From a virus (Duplodnaviria; Caudoviricetes), in IMG/VR virus record IMGVR_UViG_3300021400_001327, positions 43,315 through 107,314 of that record: DNA of 64,000 nucleotides, one strand, 5' to 3'. Numbering within the stretch: the first letter of the stretch is position 1; each line of letters begins with the position of its first letter. The translations under genes were made by a program, and so were the position numbers. Below, piece after piece: positions 41,370 to 52,242 of the stretch. The notes beneath the pieces are model-generated. The model saw only the letters and a program-made list of their open reading frames with translations. It was not told the origin of the DNA and did not search any database.

Positions 41370-42272
41370 ATGCAGGAAGTGAAGCACAACGGAATCACCA
41401 AGTATATCTACCAGCGTCTTCTGGCCTTCATCGGAAACCCGTATGGGGTCGCCGGATTGATGGGCAACCTCTACGCGGAATCAGGTCTGCGCTCTGACAA
41501 CCTTCAGAACAGCTTCGAGCAGAAGCTCGGTATGACAGACGAAGAGTATACAGACGCCGTCACGAACGGCACGTATACGAAATTCGCCAACGACGGTGCT
41601 GGATACGGCTTGGCGCAGTGGACCAATAGTGCCCGGAAACAAAATCTGCTTGGTCTGTCGAAAGCGATAGGCGCGGCCATTGACAGTGTGGAGATGCAAA
41701 TCATTTTCCTGATCCTTGAGCTCCAGAATTACTCACTCGTATGGAACGTCCTGACAAAAACGTCAAGTTCGTATGAAGCGTCTGATGCGGTATTGGAACA
41801 CTACGAGAAACCGGCTACGATAACTGACTCCTCGCGGGACAACAGGCGTTCGTTCAGCGTACAGTACTATCAGCTGTATGGGAGCGATGAAAAAATAGCT
41901 TACAGTAATGATGAATCTGTCATGTTTGCTGGTGTGCTGAAGCGTGGAAGTCGTGGTGCTGATGTCAGGACGCTCCAGCAGCAACTGAAAAGGCTTGGCT
42001 ATGCTGGCGGAACGCTTGCTGTGGACGGTGCATATGGAGAGAAAACGGGAGCGGCTGTCAGTGAGTTTCAGAGGGATTACCACCTGTACTCTGACGGAAA
42101 AGCTGGGGCTGTCACACAGTATGTGCTCAAGCTTCAAGAGCGTGATGGATCGAGATACACAGTTGTGATTGGCAACCTCGATTTCACAAGCGCAATGGAG
42201 CTTTATCACAAGTATAAAGACGCAATCATCAGAGAGGGACATGTCGATGCAAAAAATTCCGACTTTGTTTAA
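41370..42272 (+). CDS. Phage tail-lysozyme-type muramidase with peptidoglycan-binding domain
   Basis: GLMGNLYAES, GYGLAQWT; LKRGSRG.DV..LQ..L..LGY...VDG.YG..T..AV..FQ. Confidence 0.85.
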   Translation: MQEVKHNGITKYIYQRLLAFIGNPYGVAGLMGNLYAESGLRSDNLQNSFEQKLGMTDEEYTDAVTNGTYTKFANDGAGYGLAQWTNSARKQNLLGLSKAIGAAIDSVEMQIIFLILELQNYSLVWNVLTKTSSSYEASDAVLEHYEKPATITDSSRDNRRSFSVQYYQLYGSDEKIAYSNDESVMFAGVLKRGSRGADVRTLQQQLKRLGYAGGTLAVDGAYGEKTGAAVSEFQRDYHLYSDGKAGAVTQYVLKLQERDGSRYTVVIGNLDFTSAMELYHKYKDAIIREGHVDAKNSDFV

Positions 42273-42840
42273 GCGCGAGTTTATCGACCGCCATGTTGTT
42301 AAAATTCTGCCGGAAGTCACGCCTGGGCTGGAATGGGTGTTGCTTGGCGGCGGTATCCCCACGGTCAAGTATGACGGCGCCTGCTGCGCGATCATTGACG
42401 GTGTGTTCTATAAGCGCTATGACGCGAAACGGAACAAGGATGGCATCCAGAAGTCTCCCCCGCCGGGAGCTATTCCGTGCTGCGACCCAGACCCCGTGAC
42501 CGGTCACTGGCCGCACTGGGTAAAGATAGACGCGGGGAAACCGGAAGACAGATGGTTCATTGAGGCTTACATAAACACGGGGCGCGACCGTGAACTTACA
42601 GACGGAACGTATGAGGCCGTCGGTCCACACTTTCAAGGCAACCCGTATCACTTGAATTTTGAACACCTTATCAAGCACGGCGAGGACGTTATCCGTCTTC
42701 CAGACCGTAGCTTTGAAGCTATCAAGGAATACCTGCAATGGAATCACATTGAGGGCATCGTCTTTTGGAAGGATGGCAAGCCGGAATGCAAAATCAAACG
42801 TTCGGACTTCGGCTTCCCGTGGCCGATTCTTAAATGTTAA
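42241..42840 (+). CDS. DUF5565-like (RNA-ligase-like) protein
   Basis: KIPTLFKR, KYDG, GTYE.VGP, EGIV, KIK. Confidence 0.6.
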   Translation: MSMQKIPTLFKREFIDRHVVKILPEVTPGLEWVLLGGGIPTVKYDGACCAIIDGVFYKRYDAKRNKDGIQKSPPPGAIPCCDPDPVTGHWPHWVKIDAGKPEDRWFIEAYINTGRDRELTDGTYEAVGPHFQGNPYHLNFEHLIKHGEDVIRLPDRSFEAIKEYLQWNHIEGIVFWKDGKPECKIKRSDFGFPWPILKC

Positions 42841-43049
42841 CGATTTGTTAAGTTGGTGTCCGCAAAAAGACTTAATTTGCGGACGTCCATAAAAATGGCA
42901 GGTCGGAATCATAAACGCCTGATAGCACACGATATTTGTGAGCAGGCTTTCTAAAAATAGCCGGACAAACCTGTCCTGTACAAACACGCGGCTTGTCCGT
43001 TAACATAAATATGCGATCGCAAACGACGGAAAAAGAAGGAGAAGAGAGA

Positions 43050-44126
43050 ATGAAGGAATTGTTTGTTCTGCGCAACGTCGCCGACCTGAAAGCCCACCCG
43101 AAGAACGACTATTACTTTGACCCCATCGAAGGAGACAAGTGGATCGAGTTCGTTGACTCGGTTAAGCTCCACGGCGTCATCAACCCTATCGTTATCGCGC
43201 CGGACGGGACGATTATAAGTGGGCATATGCGGGTCGAGGCTTGCAAGGCGCTCGGCATCAAGGAGATTAAGTGCTATATCCTTGACGTGAGCGAGGAAGA
43301 TCAGGAGATCGCACTGATCGAGAGCAACGTCAGGCAGCGCGGGACCATCAATAGCCCCTCCGTTAAGATGGGGCGCGTCATCAAGGCAATGGAGCAGTAC
43401 AAGAGCAAGGGCGAAGTCCGTAAGGAACTTCAGATCGACTACAACGTGGCCAGCAGGTCCAAGTGCCTCGCCGACATGCCGGAAGAGGTACAGGAGCTCA
43501 TCGAACTGGACGTCATCTCTCCGCGCACAGCGCTCAGCCTTGTGCGGAAGCTGACGCCAGAACAGCAGGTCGAGCTTGCCAAACAGCTTGACCCCGTCCG
43601 CCAGTACACTCAGAACGAGATCGCGGCGGCGATCAAGGAGCTTCCGTCCAAGGAGAAGGTGGACGAGCTCCAGAGCAAGCTGGTCGAAGCCCAGAGGAAC
43701 CAGAACGAGGACGAGCTCGAGCTTCGACAGAAAGTCAATGAGCTCACCGAGCGTGAGCGCAAGGCGTATGAGGACCTTCAGGCGGAGAAGCGGGCGCGTC
43801 GGACCATGATTGCGGACTACGAGCGCAGGATTGAGAACGTGGAATCGCTTCTGGAGAATGCCTCCAGCAACGCCAAGGACCTGGTCGAGCTCGCTGAGGA
43901 ACGCGACGAGTACATGAAGAGCGCGGAGACCGCTCAGTGCGACGCGGATCTGAAGCTTCTCTGCCAGTTGGTGGAGTCTGTGGCAAAGGGTCTGTCCGAG
44001 GTAGCGAACGACCCGACGCCGCTGTATGGCGACATGGCGACAAGGGCAAGCAGCGCCATCAGCGAACTGAGCGGCGTTCTGGAGAAGATTACCAGGCGTC
44101 TGAACACCGTGGACGGGGCGGCGTAA
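43050..44126 (+). CDS. ParB-like N-terminal domain protein with coiled coil
   Basis: GVINPIVI, IISGHMR, LIESNVRQR. Confidence 0.8.
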   Translation: MKELFVLRNVADLKAHPKNDYYFDPIEGDKWIEFVDSVKLHGVINPIVIAPDGTIISGHMRVEACKALGIKEIKCYILDVSEEDQEIALIESNVRQRGTINSPSVKMGRVIKAMEQYKSKGEVRKELQIDYNVASRSKCLADMPEEVQELIELDVISPRTALSLVRKLTPEQQVELAKQLDPVRQYTQNEIAAAIKELPSKEKVDELQSKLVEAQRNQNEDELELRQKVNELTERERKAYEDLQAEKRARRTMIADYERRIENVESLLENASSNAKDLVELAEERDEYMKSAETAQCDADLKLLCQLVESVAKGLSEVANDPTPLYGDMATRASSAISELSGVLEKITRRLNTVDGAA

Positions 44127-44165
44127 GCCGCCTTTGTCTCTGTTATTGGATCTAACCAATTATTA

Positions 44166-44195
44166 TGTATCCCCGATACTGTATCACCCTGTATC
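44166..44195 (+). promoter_or_regulatory. Three TGTATC boxes upstream of the replication operon
   Basis: TGTATC at 44166, 44180, 44190; shares TGTATCACCC and TGTATCATC with the 6485-6532 site. Confidence 0.55.
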
Positions 44196-44211
44196 ATCGA
44201 AAGGAGAACGC

Positions 44212-44973
44212 ATGGAAAACAAAGAGGATATCATGTCGATGAACCTGTATCAACGTCTGGCGAAAGTCAGAGATATCGCTGACGTCGTGCAAAAGAACAA
44301 GTCCGGCTATGGCTACAAGTACACGTCGGAAGACGAGATTCTGGCCAAGGTCAAAGCTGGCATGACGAAGTATCGTGTATCTATCTATCCAAGAGTGGAC
44401 ACGGAATGCTTCAATAGCCAGCCGCGCAACTACGAAAAAATGAAGTACGACAAGGCTGCTGGCAAGAACGTGACCACTACCGAAACAGAATGGCTGGTGG
44501 ACGGGACGGTCGTTTATTCCGTTATCAACGATGACGATCCTAACGACCGCTTTGAAGTGACGTGGCCTATCTGCGGTTCGCAGTCAGACAAAGCACAGGC
44601 GTTTGGCTCAGCGCTGACTTATGCCAATCGTTACTTCTACCTGAAGTTCTTCAATATTGCCACATCCGAGGACGACCCCGACGAGTGGAAGCGAAAGAAG
44701 ATGGAAGCGGCTGACGCGGAAGACGAGGCCGCAGCCAAGGTGGTTGTGCAGAAAATCGACGAGCTCTGCCGTGGTGGAATCACCGAAGAGAACAAGCAAG
44801 ACATCATCAAGCTGGTCAAGAAGTACGCCAGGGATGGCGGGAAACCGTCAGGTAATTACCTGCTGATCAAGAAGCTGGATGACGCTAATGCCCTGTACAC
44901 GGAACTGCGGCAGTTCTTCGATGGAACGGGAACAAAAACCAAGAAGACCGAAAAGAAAGAGGAGGCCAAGTAA
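44212..44973 (+). CDS. erf: ERF-family ssDNA annealing protein
   Basis: KNKSGYGYKY, AQAFGSALTYANRY, EDDPD. Confidence 0.85.
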   Translation: MENKEDIMSMNLYQRLAKVRDIADVVQKNKSGYGYKYTSEDEILAKVKAGMTKYRVSIYPRVDTECFNSQPRNYEKMKYDKAAGKNVTTTETEWLVDGTVVYSVINDDDPNDRFEVTWPICGSQSDKAQAFGSALTYANRYFYLKFFNIATSEDDPDEWKRKKMEAADAEDEAAAKVVVQKIDELCRGGITEENKQDIIKLVKKYARDGGKPSGNYLLIKKLDDANALYTELRQFFDGTGTKTKKTEKKEEAK

Positions 44974-44975
44974 TT

Positions 44976-45425
44976 ATGGGTTTCAGGAATGATGCGTATG
45001 CTAAGCTGTGGAAACTGGACATGAGCAGGAAGTACCCTGAAGGGCAGATTTCCATCTCCCGCAAAGACAAGACGACTGGTGAGTATGTCACGGACTTTCA
45101 GGGCTTCGTGACCTTCAACGGAAAGGCGGCTGAGGACATCCAGAAGGTGCCGAAGGAAGGCCGCTTCCAGATCAAGCAGTGTGATGTGTCCCGAGTCTTC
45201 AATAAAGAGAAGCAGCGGGAATATACGAACTTCCGCGTGTTTGAGATCGACGCCAACGTGGACAATGGTGGACAGCGCCAGCAGACGAGTGGCCGAGCTC
45301 CGGCGACCGCGAAAGGCGACGACAACATGAGTGTGGCGGAACTGGAAGCAAGGCTGGCCGAGGCGAAGCTCCGTGAGAGTGGGAAGAATGTTGTGGGAGA
45401 TCCTGATGAACTCCCTTTTGAGTGA
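44976..45425 (+). CDS. ssb: Single-stranded DNA-binding protein
   Basis: OB-fold-sized ORF ending DELPFE, next to ERF. Confidence 0.75.
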   Translation: MGFRNDAYAKLWKLDMSRKYPEGQISISRKDKTTGEYVTDFQGFVTFNGKAAEDIQKVPKEGRFQIKQCDVSRVFNKEKQREYTNFRVFEIDANVDNGGQRQQTSGRAPATAKGDDNMSVAELEARLAEAKLRESGKNVVGDPDELPFE

Positions 45426-45470
45426 CGGGTTAGCCTTCCCACACAAAAAGGCGGATGAGGCGATGGCGGT

Positions 45471-46226
45471 ATGAGCTCACTGATTTACGACGACTGGACG
45501 TGGTCCTACAGCCGACTCAGCCTGTTCAATCAGTGCCCGTATGCGTTCGCGCTGAAATACCTGTATGGGGAAACGTCACAGTCAAACCAATATGCAGAGT
45601 TCGGCTCTTATATCCATAGTATACACGAGCAGTTTTACAATAAGGAATTGAAAGAGTCTGAGCTTGTCCCCTATTACATCGAACACTTCAGCGAAGTGAA
45701 CAGCCGTATGAGCGGCGAAGCGAGAAGTAAATACTTCCTTGATGGTCTCAACTACTTTGAGGGCGGGATACGGGTTGTCCCGTCCTCAATCATTGGTGTC
45801 GAAAAGGTTATCAACTTCAAAGTTGCCAACTACAGGTTTGTTGGAATCATCGACCTGTTGTATCGGAATGAGGACGGTTCACTGACCATCCTGGATCATA
45901 AGTCCCATAACCTAAAACCAAGGTCTGGCCGCGTCAAGCCGACTGCAACGGACAGGGAGTTGGATGACTATCTAAAACAACTCTATTTGTACGCTCACGG
46001 CGTTCATCAGCTGGGGTTAGGAAATGTCAGCACCCTTACGTTCAATTGCTTCAGGGGTTCTCAGATTATCGAAAACAGATATTCTAAAGCCAAGGAAGAC
46101 GAGGCCGTTGAATGGGCGGTCAACACCATCGGGAAGATAGAGGATGCGACCGTCTTCGATCCGCGTCCAGACTGGTTCTACTGCCGCAATCTATGTGATT
46201 GCCGGGGCATCTGCGAGTACAAATAA
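45471..46226 (+). CDS. PD-(D/E)xK (Cas4/RecB-like) exonuclease
   Basis: WSYS..QCP, GIIDL, ILDHKS, QLYLY, C-terminal Cys cluster. Confidence 0.85.
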   Translation: MSSLIYDDWTWSYSRLSLFNQCPYAFALKYLYGETSQSNQYAEFGSYIHSIHEQFYNKELKESELVPYYIEHFSEVNSRMSGEARSKYFLDGLNYFEGGIRVVPSSIIGVEKVINFKVANYRFVGIIDLLYRNEDGSLTILDHKSHNLKPRSGRVKPTATDRELDDYLKQLYLYAHGVHQLGLGNVSTLTFNCFRGSQIIENRYSKAKEDEAVEWAVNTIGKIEDATVFDPRPDWFYCRNLCDCRGICEYK

Positions 46227-46232
46227 ACAGGG

Positions 46233-48209
46233 GTGATGATGTTGGATCAGATATCACAGGAAGCTATACGGGAAGCGAAGGAAAAGCTCGGCGACCGGCA
46301 GGCCGACATGATTGCCGATATCCTCTCCCTTGAACAGTACAATCAACAGCGGCGTATCGCCTGCTGTCCACTTCATAACGACAAGACGCCGAGCTTCAGC
46401 TATAACCCCCGGAGCAATAGTTTCTTCTGCTTTGGTTGTCACCGGACGGTCGATATTATTGACGCATGGATGATGAAGGGAGATACATTCCTTCAGGCGG
46501 TCGAGAAGTTGTTTACCGAGGCAGAGATGCCTCACAACTTCTCGTACCGTGGCGTCAAAGAAGACGACGAGACAGAGTTTTGCTATCCAGAGCCGACCTA
46601 CGCCGAGAACAAAGAACGCGTCTACGCGTACTGGCAGCGCCGTTGCATCTCGCCGGAAACAATCGACGCTATGGATGTGCAGGAAGACCCGGATGGGAAC
46701 ACGCTGTTCCAGTTCTATGACTCTGCGGACGTCCTGAGGGCAGTCAAGTTCAGGCCGTCTCGCCCTGTCCCCCACGGCGAGCGGAAATGCTGGTGGATGA
46801 AGGATAAGAAGAACCCGGCGCTCAAGCCCTATGTCGGAATACTGTTCAACCAGCACAAGCTGAACATCTCCCAGCCTGTCATTATCTGCACAGGCGAAGG
46901 CGACGCGATGGCGGCGTATGAGTGTGGGTTCCATAACGCGTCCAGCATTCCCGGCGGAGACCAGAACCTGAATTGGGTATCGTACCAGTGGGATTTCCTG
47001 ACAAAATGTCAGCAGTTCGTGCTGGTATATGATAACGATGAGTCTGGCAGGAAGTACATCAAAGAGATTACGCGCAGGCTTGGTGAGGACAGGTGTAAGG
47101 TGGTTGACCTGCCGGAGACCATCGAACTGGAAGATGGTTCGGTCAAGCATATCAAAGACTTGAACGAGCTCTTGTTCTACGGTGGCAAACAGGCTGTCAT
47201 TAACGCCATCAACAACGCGCAGGAGCGGAAGATTGAGTCTGTTATCGACTGCTCAGACGTGCAGGATATCGACATGGATGGTATTGACGGCATGAAGACG
47301 GGGTTCAAGGAATTGGACTCATGCATTAACCGCTCGTATTGCGGAACTGTATCCATTGTGACGGGGGTTCCCGGCGCGGGCAAGACATCGTTTCTGTCCA
47401 CTATCATTAATGAGGGCGTAGACCAGGGGTTTCCGACATGGGTCTACTCTGGCGAACTTTCCAATAGTGCATTAAGGAACTGGACTATCAAGTGCAGGGC
47501 TGGACAGTTCTGGCTGGAGAAGGTCGTACGCGATGGATTCACATCCTATCAGGTGGTGCCGGAAGCCATCAAGAGGATGGATGAGTACTATCGCGACAAG
47601 CTGTTGTTCTTCAAGGACACATATGACGCCACGCCTGATGCGCTGTTCCAATCACTGGAGTCATGCGTCAGGAAGTACGGTGTCAGGATGGCAGTCATCG
47701 ACAACCTGTCGTCGGTCAACCTTGGCGCGTTCGGTGACCATTACTGGGATGAACAGAATAAGTTCATCAGGGACTGTATCGCAACAGCAAAACGACTGGA
47801 TGTCATCATGTGGATCGTGCTTCACCCGAAGAAGATGGTCGAGTTCAATCGGGCGCCGGACCTATATGACCTGTCTGGCTCTGTTTCTGCGGCGAACCTC
47901 GCGCACAGGGTGTTTTCCCTGTACAGGGTCAAAGAAGAGGACAGACAGCCGGACAAGAATGGCAATCGCAGACCGTACACGGACTGCTCTGTACAGCTTC
48001 ACATCGTCAAGGATCGGTTCACAAGCGCACTTGGCAGGGTCTATCCGCTGTACTATGACCCGAGCAGTCGGCGCTTCTATGACACGATGGAAACACTCAG
48101 GAAGAACTACTCATGGGATACACAGTTGCACACGGACCCGCTGCCGTTTCTGACGGACGAGCAGGTTGCAATGATGCGTGGAGAGCTCAATGATGACGAC
48201 CCGATTTAA
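46233..48209 (+). CDS. Primase-helicase (CHC2 Zn finger, TOPRIM, SF4 helicase)
   Basis: CPLHNDKTPSF..CFGC, TGEGD, YDND, GVPGAGKT, IDNL. Confidence 0.9.
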   Translation: MMMLDQISQEAIREAKEKLGDRQADMIADILSLEQYNQQRRIACCPLHNDKTPSFSYNPRSNSFFCFGCHRTVDIIDAWMMKGDTFLQAVEKLFTEAEMPHNFSYRGVKEDDETEFCYPEPTYAENKERVYAYWQRRCISPETIDAMDVQEDPDGNTLFQFYDSADVLRAVKFRPSRPVPHGERKCWWMKDKKNPALKPYVGILFNQHKLNISQPVIICTGEGDAMAAYECGFHNASSIPGGDQNLNWVSYQWDFLTKCQQFVLVYDNDESGRKYIKEITRRLGEDRCKVVDLPETIELEDGSVKHIKDLNELLFYGGKQAVINAINNAQERKIESVIDCSDVQDIDMDGIDGMKTGFKELDSCINRSYCGTVSIVTGVPGAGKTSFLSTIINEGVDQGFPTWVYSGELSNSALRNWTIKCRAGQFWLEKVVRDGFTSYQVVPEAIKRMDEYYRDKLLFFKDTYDATPDALFQSLESCVRKYGVRMAVIDNLSSVNLGAFGDHYWDEQNKFIRDCIATAKRLDVIMWIVLHPKKMVEFNRAPDLYDLSGSVSAANLAHRVFSLYRVKEEDRQPDKNGNRRPYTDCSVQLHIVKDRFTSALGRVYPLYYDPSSRRFYDTMETLRKNYSWDTQLHTDPLPFLTDEQVAMMRGELNDDDPI

Positions 48210-48219
48210 GGAGGGGTGA

Positions 48220-49392
48220 ATGCCAAACTATGTGATGTACCACTGTCATAGCGATTACAGCCTGCTCGACAGTTGTACAAAGTTCAGTGATTACATCGAA
48301 CTGGCGAAACGCGATGGCATGACGGCGATTGGGTCCAGCGAACACGGACTTCCGAGAGGCAACATCAGCAAGATGATCGCCTGCCAGGAAGCTGGGCTGA
48401 AATTCCTCTATGGTGTTGAGGTGTATCTGACCAGGACGTTGAGTGGTGAAAAGGTCAGAGACAATTACCACACCGTGCTGATTGCCAAGAACCACGAGGG
48501 CATGAAGGAAATCAACCTCGCGGTCAAGCTGGCCTCGCGTGACGACCACTTCTACTACCAGCCGAGGATGACATTTGATGAACTGATTCGGCTTTCAAAA
48601 AACGTGATTGTTATATCAGCCTGTGTCGCTTCGCCGCTAAGCAAGCTGCATGTCAGTGATGCGGACTACCAAAGACTGCTGAACCGCTACGATTATCTGG
48701 AGATACAGCACCATGACCACCCAATGCAGATAGCGTACAACCAACATCTGTACCAACTGTCGCTGGAGACAGGCAAGCCGCTCATCGCCGGGACGGACAC
48801 ACACTCCTCTACACCGTATAAGGCCGAGTGCCGCGACCTGCTGATGCTGGCCAAGGGCAAGTCGTTTCCCGATGAGGAGACCTTCGACCTGACCTATAAG
48901 ACCTATGATGAATTAGTGGCCGCATATGAGAAACAGGGCGCCCTCCCCCGTGACGTGTATCTTCAGGCGATTGAGAACACGAACGTGATGGCGGCGAGCG
49001 TGGAAGAGTTTACCATCGACCGCAGTAACAAGTATCCGATATCGTATGGCTCTGCCGAAGAGGACGCAAGGCGGTACAAAGAACTGACATGGCAGATGTT
49101 CGAGGACAAGCTGAAGAAAGGTGTAATACCGAGGAGCCAGGAAGATGCGTTCAGGAAGGCGATAGAAGAGGAGCTCGCCACATTTGAAAAGCTGGGCATG
49201 TGCGGCTTTATGCTGTCTGAAAGCGAGCTCATTCAGTGGTGCCATGCTAACGGCATTCCAACCGGCCCAGCTCGTGGTTCTGTCGGCGGTTCGCGTGTGG
49301 CGTATGTTACGGATATCATCGACATGAACCCTGAGGACTATGGCACGATATTCAGCAGGTTTTGTAACGAAAATCGTATAGAAATTGGCGAT
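48220..49392 (+). CDS. dnaE: DNA polymerase III alpha, exon 1
   Basis: PHP HCHSDYSLLD, GPARGSVGGS, FSRF..EIGD. Confidence 0.92.
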
Positions 49393-50235
49393 CAACCATA
49401 CGGTCGCCCTTTGCAGTAATGCATCGAAAACAAGCTGGTGAACCAACATACGTTGGGTGTGCGGCGTTTGCCGTGCTAACGGTGAAAGCTAAACCGCAAG
49501 GCATGCTAATACCGTGGTAAGCCTTTAGGAAAGGAGGTAACCATATGATTGACTATAGTTTGCTGTATAGCGGAGAGGAATTGAAAGAAATCAATGGGTT
49601 TGAACATTACTATGTTTCAAATTATGGCCGTGTGTTTTCTGACGGAGAATACAGAAAGAGTGGCCGTCGTGACTTTCATGAGCTGAAGGGCAAGTACGGG
49701 AAGAATCCAGCGAAGTACGGTAATGTCATGCTCTCGAAGGATGGAAAGTATTACACGTTTATGATTCACCGACTTGTAGCTCTACACTTTGTGCCCGGAT
49801 ATTTCGATGGCGCTGTCACCAATCATATCGACGGCAACAACAGAAACAATCGAGCCGATAATCTTGAATGGATAACTCAAAAAGAAAATATCCACAAGTC
49901 CTATGTCACATCAGGAGTCAATCAGCTTCGTCATTATGATGAGTGGGCTTTGTTTGACCCTGAGGGCAACGAACTCGGAGTATTCAAAGGTATGACGGCC
50001 ATACACAGATTTATCGAGAAGAATCATCTTCCGACGTATGGATCTTCGTTAGAAAAGTATAAGGTCAGTCGTGGTTACCGTGTTGAAAAAGTTCCTAAGG
50101 AAACTGTAACGACTATCCAAATCGGAGTAGCGTGACGGTGAAATTCCGTCGTGCGAAGTGCCAGCCTCCGCAATAATGCGGATGAAGATATAGTCTACTC
50201 CCCTAATAAATATCGGGAAACCGAGGGTATAAAGG
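49393..50235 (+). ncRNA. Group I intron (843 nt) in dnaE carrying an HNH gene
   Basis: P1 GGCGAU/GUCGCC with U.G pair; ACGACUA and AAGAUAUAGUC; terminal G; splicing yields EIGD-IDTD. Confidence 0.9.
49545..50135 (+). CDS. NUMOD4-HNH homing endonuclease
   Basis: YYVSNYGRV, HRLVA, NHIDGNNRNN..NLEW. Confidence 0.9.
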   Translation: MIDYSLLYSGEELKEINGFEHYYVSNYGRVFSDGEYRKSGRRDFHELKGKYGKNPAKYGNVMLSKDGKYYTFMIHRLVALHFVPGYFDGAVTNHIDGNNRNNRADNLEWITQKENIHKSYVTSGVNQLRHYDEWALFDPEGNELGVFKGMTAIHRFIEKNHLPTYGSSLEKYKVSRGYRVEKVPKETVTTIQIGVA

Positions 50236-52233
50236 ATAGATACTGATCTTATTGACACCGATAGGCCAAGAGTGTTCCAACATATCATCCAGAAGTTCGG
50301 CGAACGCAAGACCGCCCGTGTTTCGGCTTATGGCACGGTCGCCGATAAAGGCGCGATTGACGATATCTGCCGTGGCCTGAAGACGCGCTGGGTGACAGAT
50401 AACAGAAAAGACCTAAACCCCAAGACATTCAAAGATGAGATGATTCCAGAGTGCCCGTTCACACTAAAAGCGGCGGACAAAATCAAGGACGAGTATATGA
50501 GCAATCCGACAGCCGCCAGACAGAAATATCCCGATGTCTTCTACTACTTCGATGGCACAGTCAACACCATCGTCAGCCAGTCCATTCACGCAGCAGGCAT
50601 CGTTATTTCTCCAGTAACATTGGACGATAACTACGGCACGTTCTACAACTCTGGTGAGCACTGCCTCCTGCTCGATATGGAAGAGGCTCACGACGTAGGT
50701 ATGTGCAAGTACGACATGCTGATTCTAACAAACGTTAAAATCATTGCGGACACATATAAGGCGCTGGGCAAACCGTTCCCCAAAACGCACGAAATTGACT
50801 TCAATGATCAGGCTGTATGGAAAGATATGAGGCGAAGCCCCTACGGCATCTTTCAAATGGAGAGCTCGCTGGGATACAACTCCCTGCGCAAGATGAAACC
50901 GACCAGCGTCAAAGAGATGGCGTTGTTGACTGCATCAATTCGTCCGTCCGGCGCGTCGTACAGGGATGACGTATTCGCCCGTAAGGTACACGCCAACCCC
51001 ACCAAGGAGATGGACGAACTCTTCAAAGACAACTTTGGCTTCTGCGTCTATCAGGAAGACATCCTGCGTGCTCTGATCGAGCTTTGCGGCTTCAGCGGCA
51101 GTCAAGCAGACACAGTGCGGCGGGATATCGCAAAGAAGAATCCAGAGAAGGTCGCCAAGGATATTGTGCTGATCAAGCAGGGGTATATCGAACGCTCCAA
51201 TAAACCAAGGGAAGAGGCTGAACGCGATGTGGCAGACCTGCTTCAGGTCATTCAGGACGCCAGTGGATACTCTTTTAATAGCTCGCATGCAGTCGCATAT
51301 TCCATTGTGGGCTTCATGTGCGCCTATTGCCGCCACTACCACCCGCTTGAGTTCTGCACGGCCTACCTCAACGGCGCCAAGTCGCAGGAAGACATCTACC
51401 ACGGAACCGTCCTCGCCCAGCTTTACGGCATCAACATCCAGCCGCCGACCTTCGGCCACTCCGGCGACGAGTACACATTCGACAGAGCGACCAACACCAT
51501 TTATCAGGGGCTCGACTCGGTCAAAGATATGGAGTCTGGCGTTGGCCAACGCATGGCCGAGCTTGAGAAGACCGCGCCAACAGACTCTGCGGTCGACCTG
51601 TTCCGTTATCTCAAGAGTAACGGTATCGGCAACAAACAGCTTGAGATACTCATAGACATCGGGTTTTTTGCCAATTTCGGCAATGTCAGGAAGTTGCAGA
51701 AAATCCTTGAAAACGCTATCGCTCTCAAGTGGGGAGATATGACATGGCTCGCGCACGAAAAACTCCCGAGGTTTAGCTTTGAAGCCGGTGCGCTCTCCGC
51801 CTATGCAGAGCGCAGGACAGAGAAGAACTGGAAGGTCAAAGACGGCGCTGGCCTGTTACGGTATATGGGGCGCATCGTCGACGATCAGAACGTACAGGAC
51901 GAACCGTTGTCCGAGAAGTTTAGCAAGTGGATGAACTACCTTGGTTATATCCCGGCGATGGGCGCGGACTTCAGGGCAAAGATGTATGTCTCAACCGACC
52001 CGAGAGAACTCAGGTCCAAGAAGACGGGTAAGGTATGGGCGCACTGCATATCGGCAATTTCGCTGAGAACTGCCGAAATGCATGAATGGCTGATACCGAG
52101 CGGCTTCTACATCAACAAGCTTAAGAAGGGAGACGTGATCCAGGTCGTCGGCGGGCGCGAAGGATTCAGCGTTGGTGATTATAACGGTATGCCGACATAT
52201 CGCCTGTATAACTACAAGGTAACCAATGTTTAA
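50236..52233 (+). CDS. dnaE: DNA polymerase III alpha, exon 2
   Basis: IDTD, HAAG, KYDML, GIFQME, YQE, YSFNSSHAVAY. Confidence 0.92.
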   Translation: MDTDLIDTDRPRVFQHIIQKFGERKTARVSAYGTVADKGAIDDICRGLKTRWVTDNRKDLNPKTFKDEMIPECPFTLKAADKIKDEYMSNPTAARQKYPDVFYYFDGTVNTIVSQSIHAAGIVISPVTLDDNYGTFYNSGEHCLLLDMEEAHDVGMCKYDMLILTNVKIIADTYKALGKPFPKTHEIDFNDQAVWKDMRRSPYGIFQMESSLGYNSLRKMKPTSVKEMALLTASIRPSGASYRDDVFARKVHANPTKEMDELFKDNFGFCVYQEDILRALIELCGFSGSQADTVRRDIAKKNPEKVAKDIVLIKQGYIERSNKPREEAERDVADLLQVIQDASGYSFNSSHAVAYSIVGFMCAYCRHYHPLEFCTAYLNGAKSQEDIYHGTVLAQLYGINIQPPTFGHSGDEYTFDRATNTIYQGLDSVKDMESGVGQRMAELEKTAPTDSAVDLFRYLKSNGIGNKQLEILIDIGFFANFGNVRKLQKILENAIALKWGDMTWLAHEKLPRFSFEAGALSAYAERRTEKNWKVKDGAGLLRYMGRIVDDQNVQDEPLSEKFSKWMNYLGYIPAMGADFRAKMYVSTDPRELRSKKTGKVWAHCISAISLRTAEMHEWLIPSGFYINKLKKGDVIQVVGGREGFSVGDYNGMPTYRLYNYKVTNV

Positions 52234-52242
52234 GGAGGGCTT

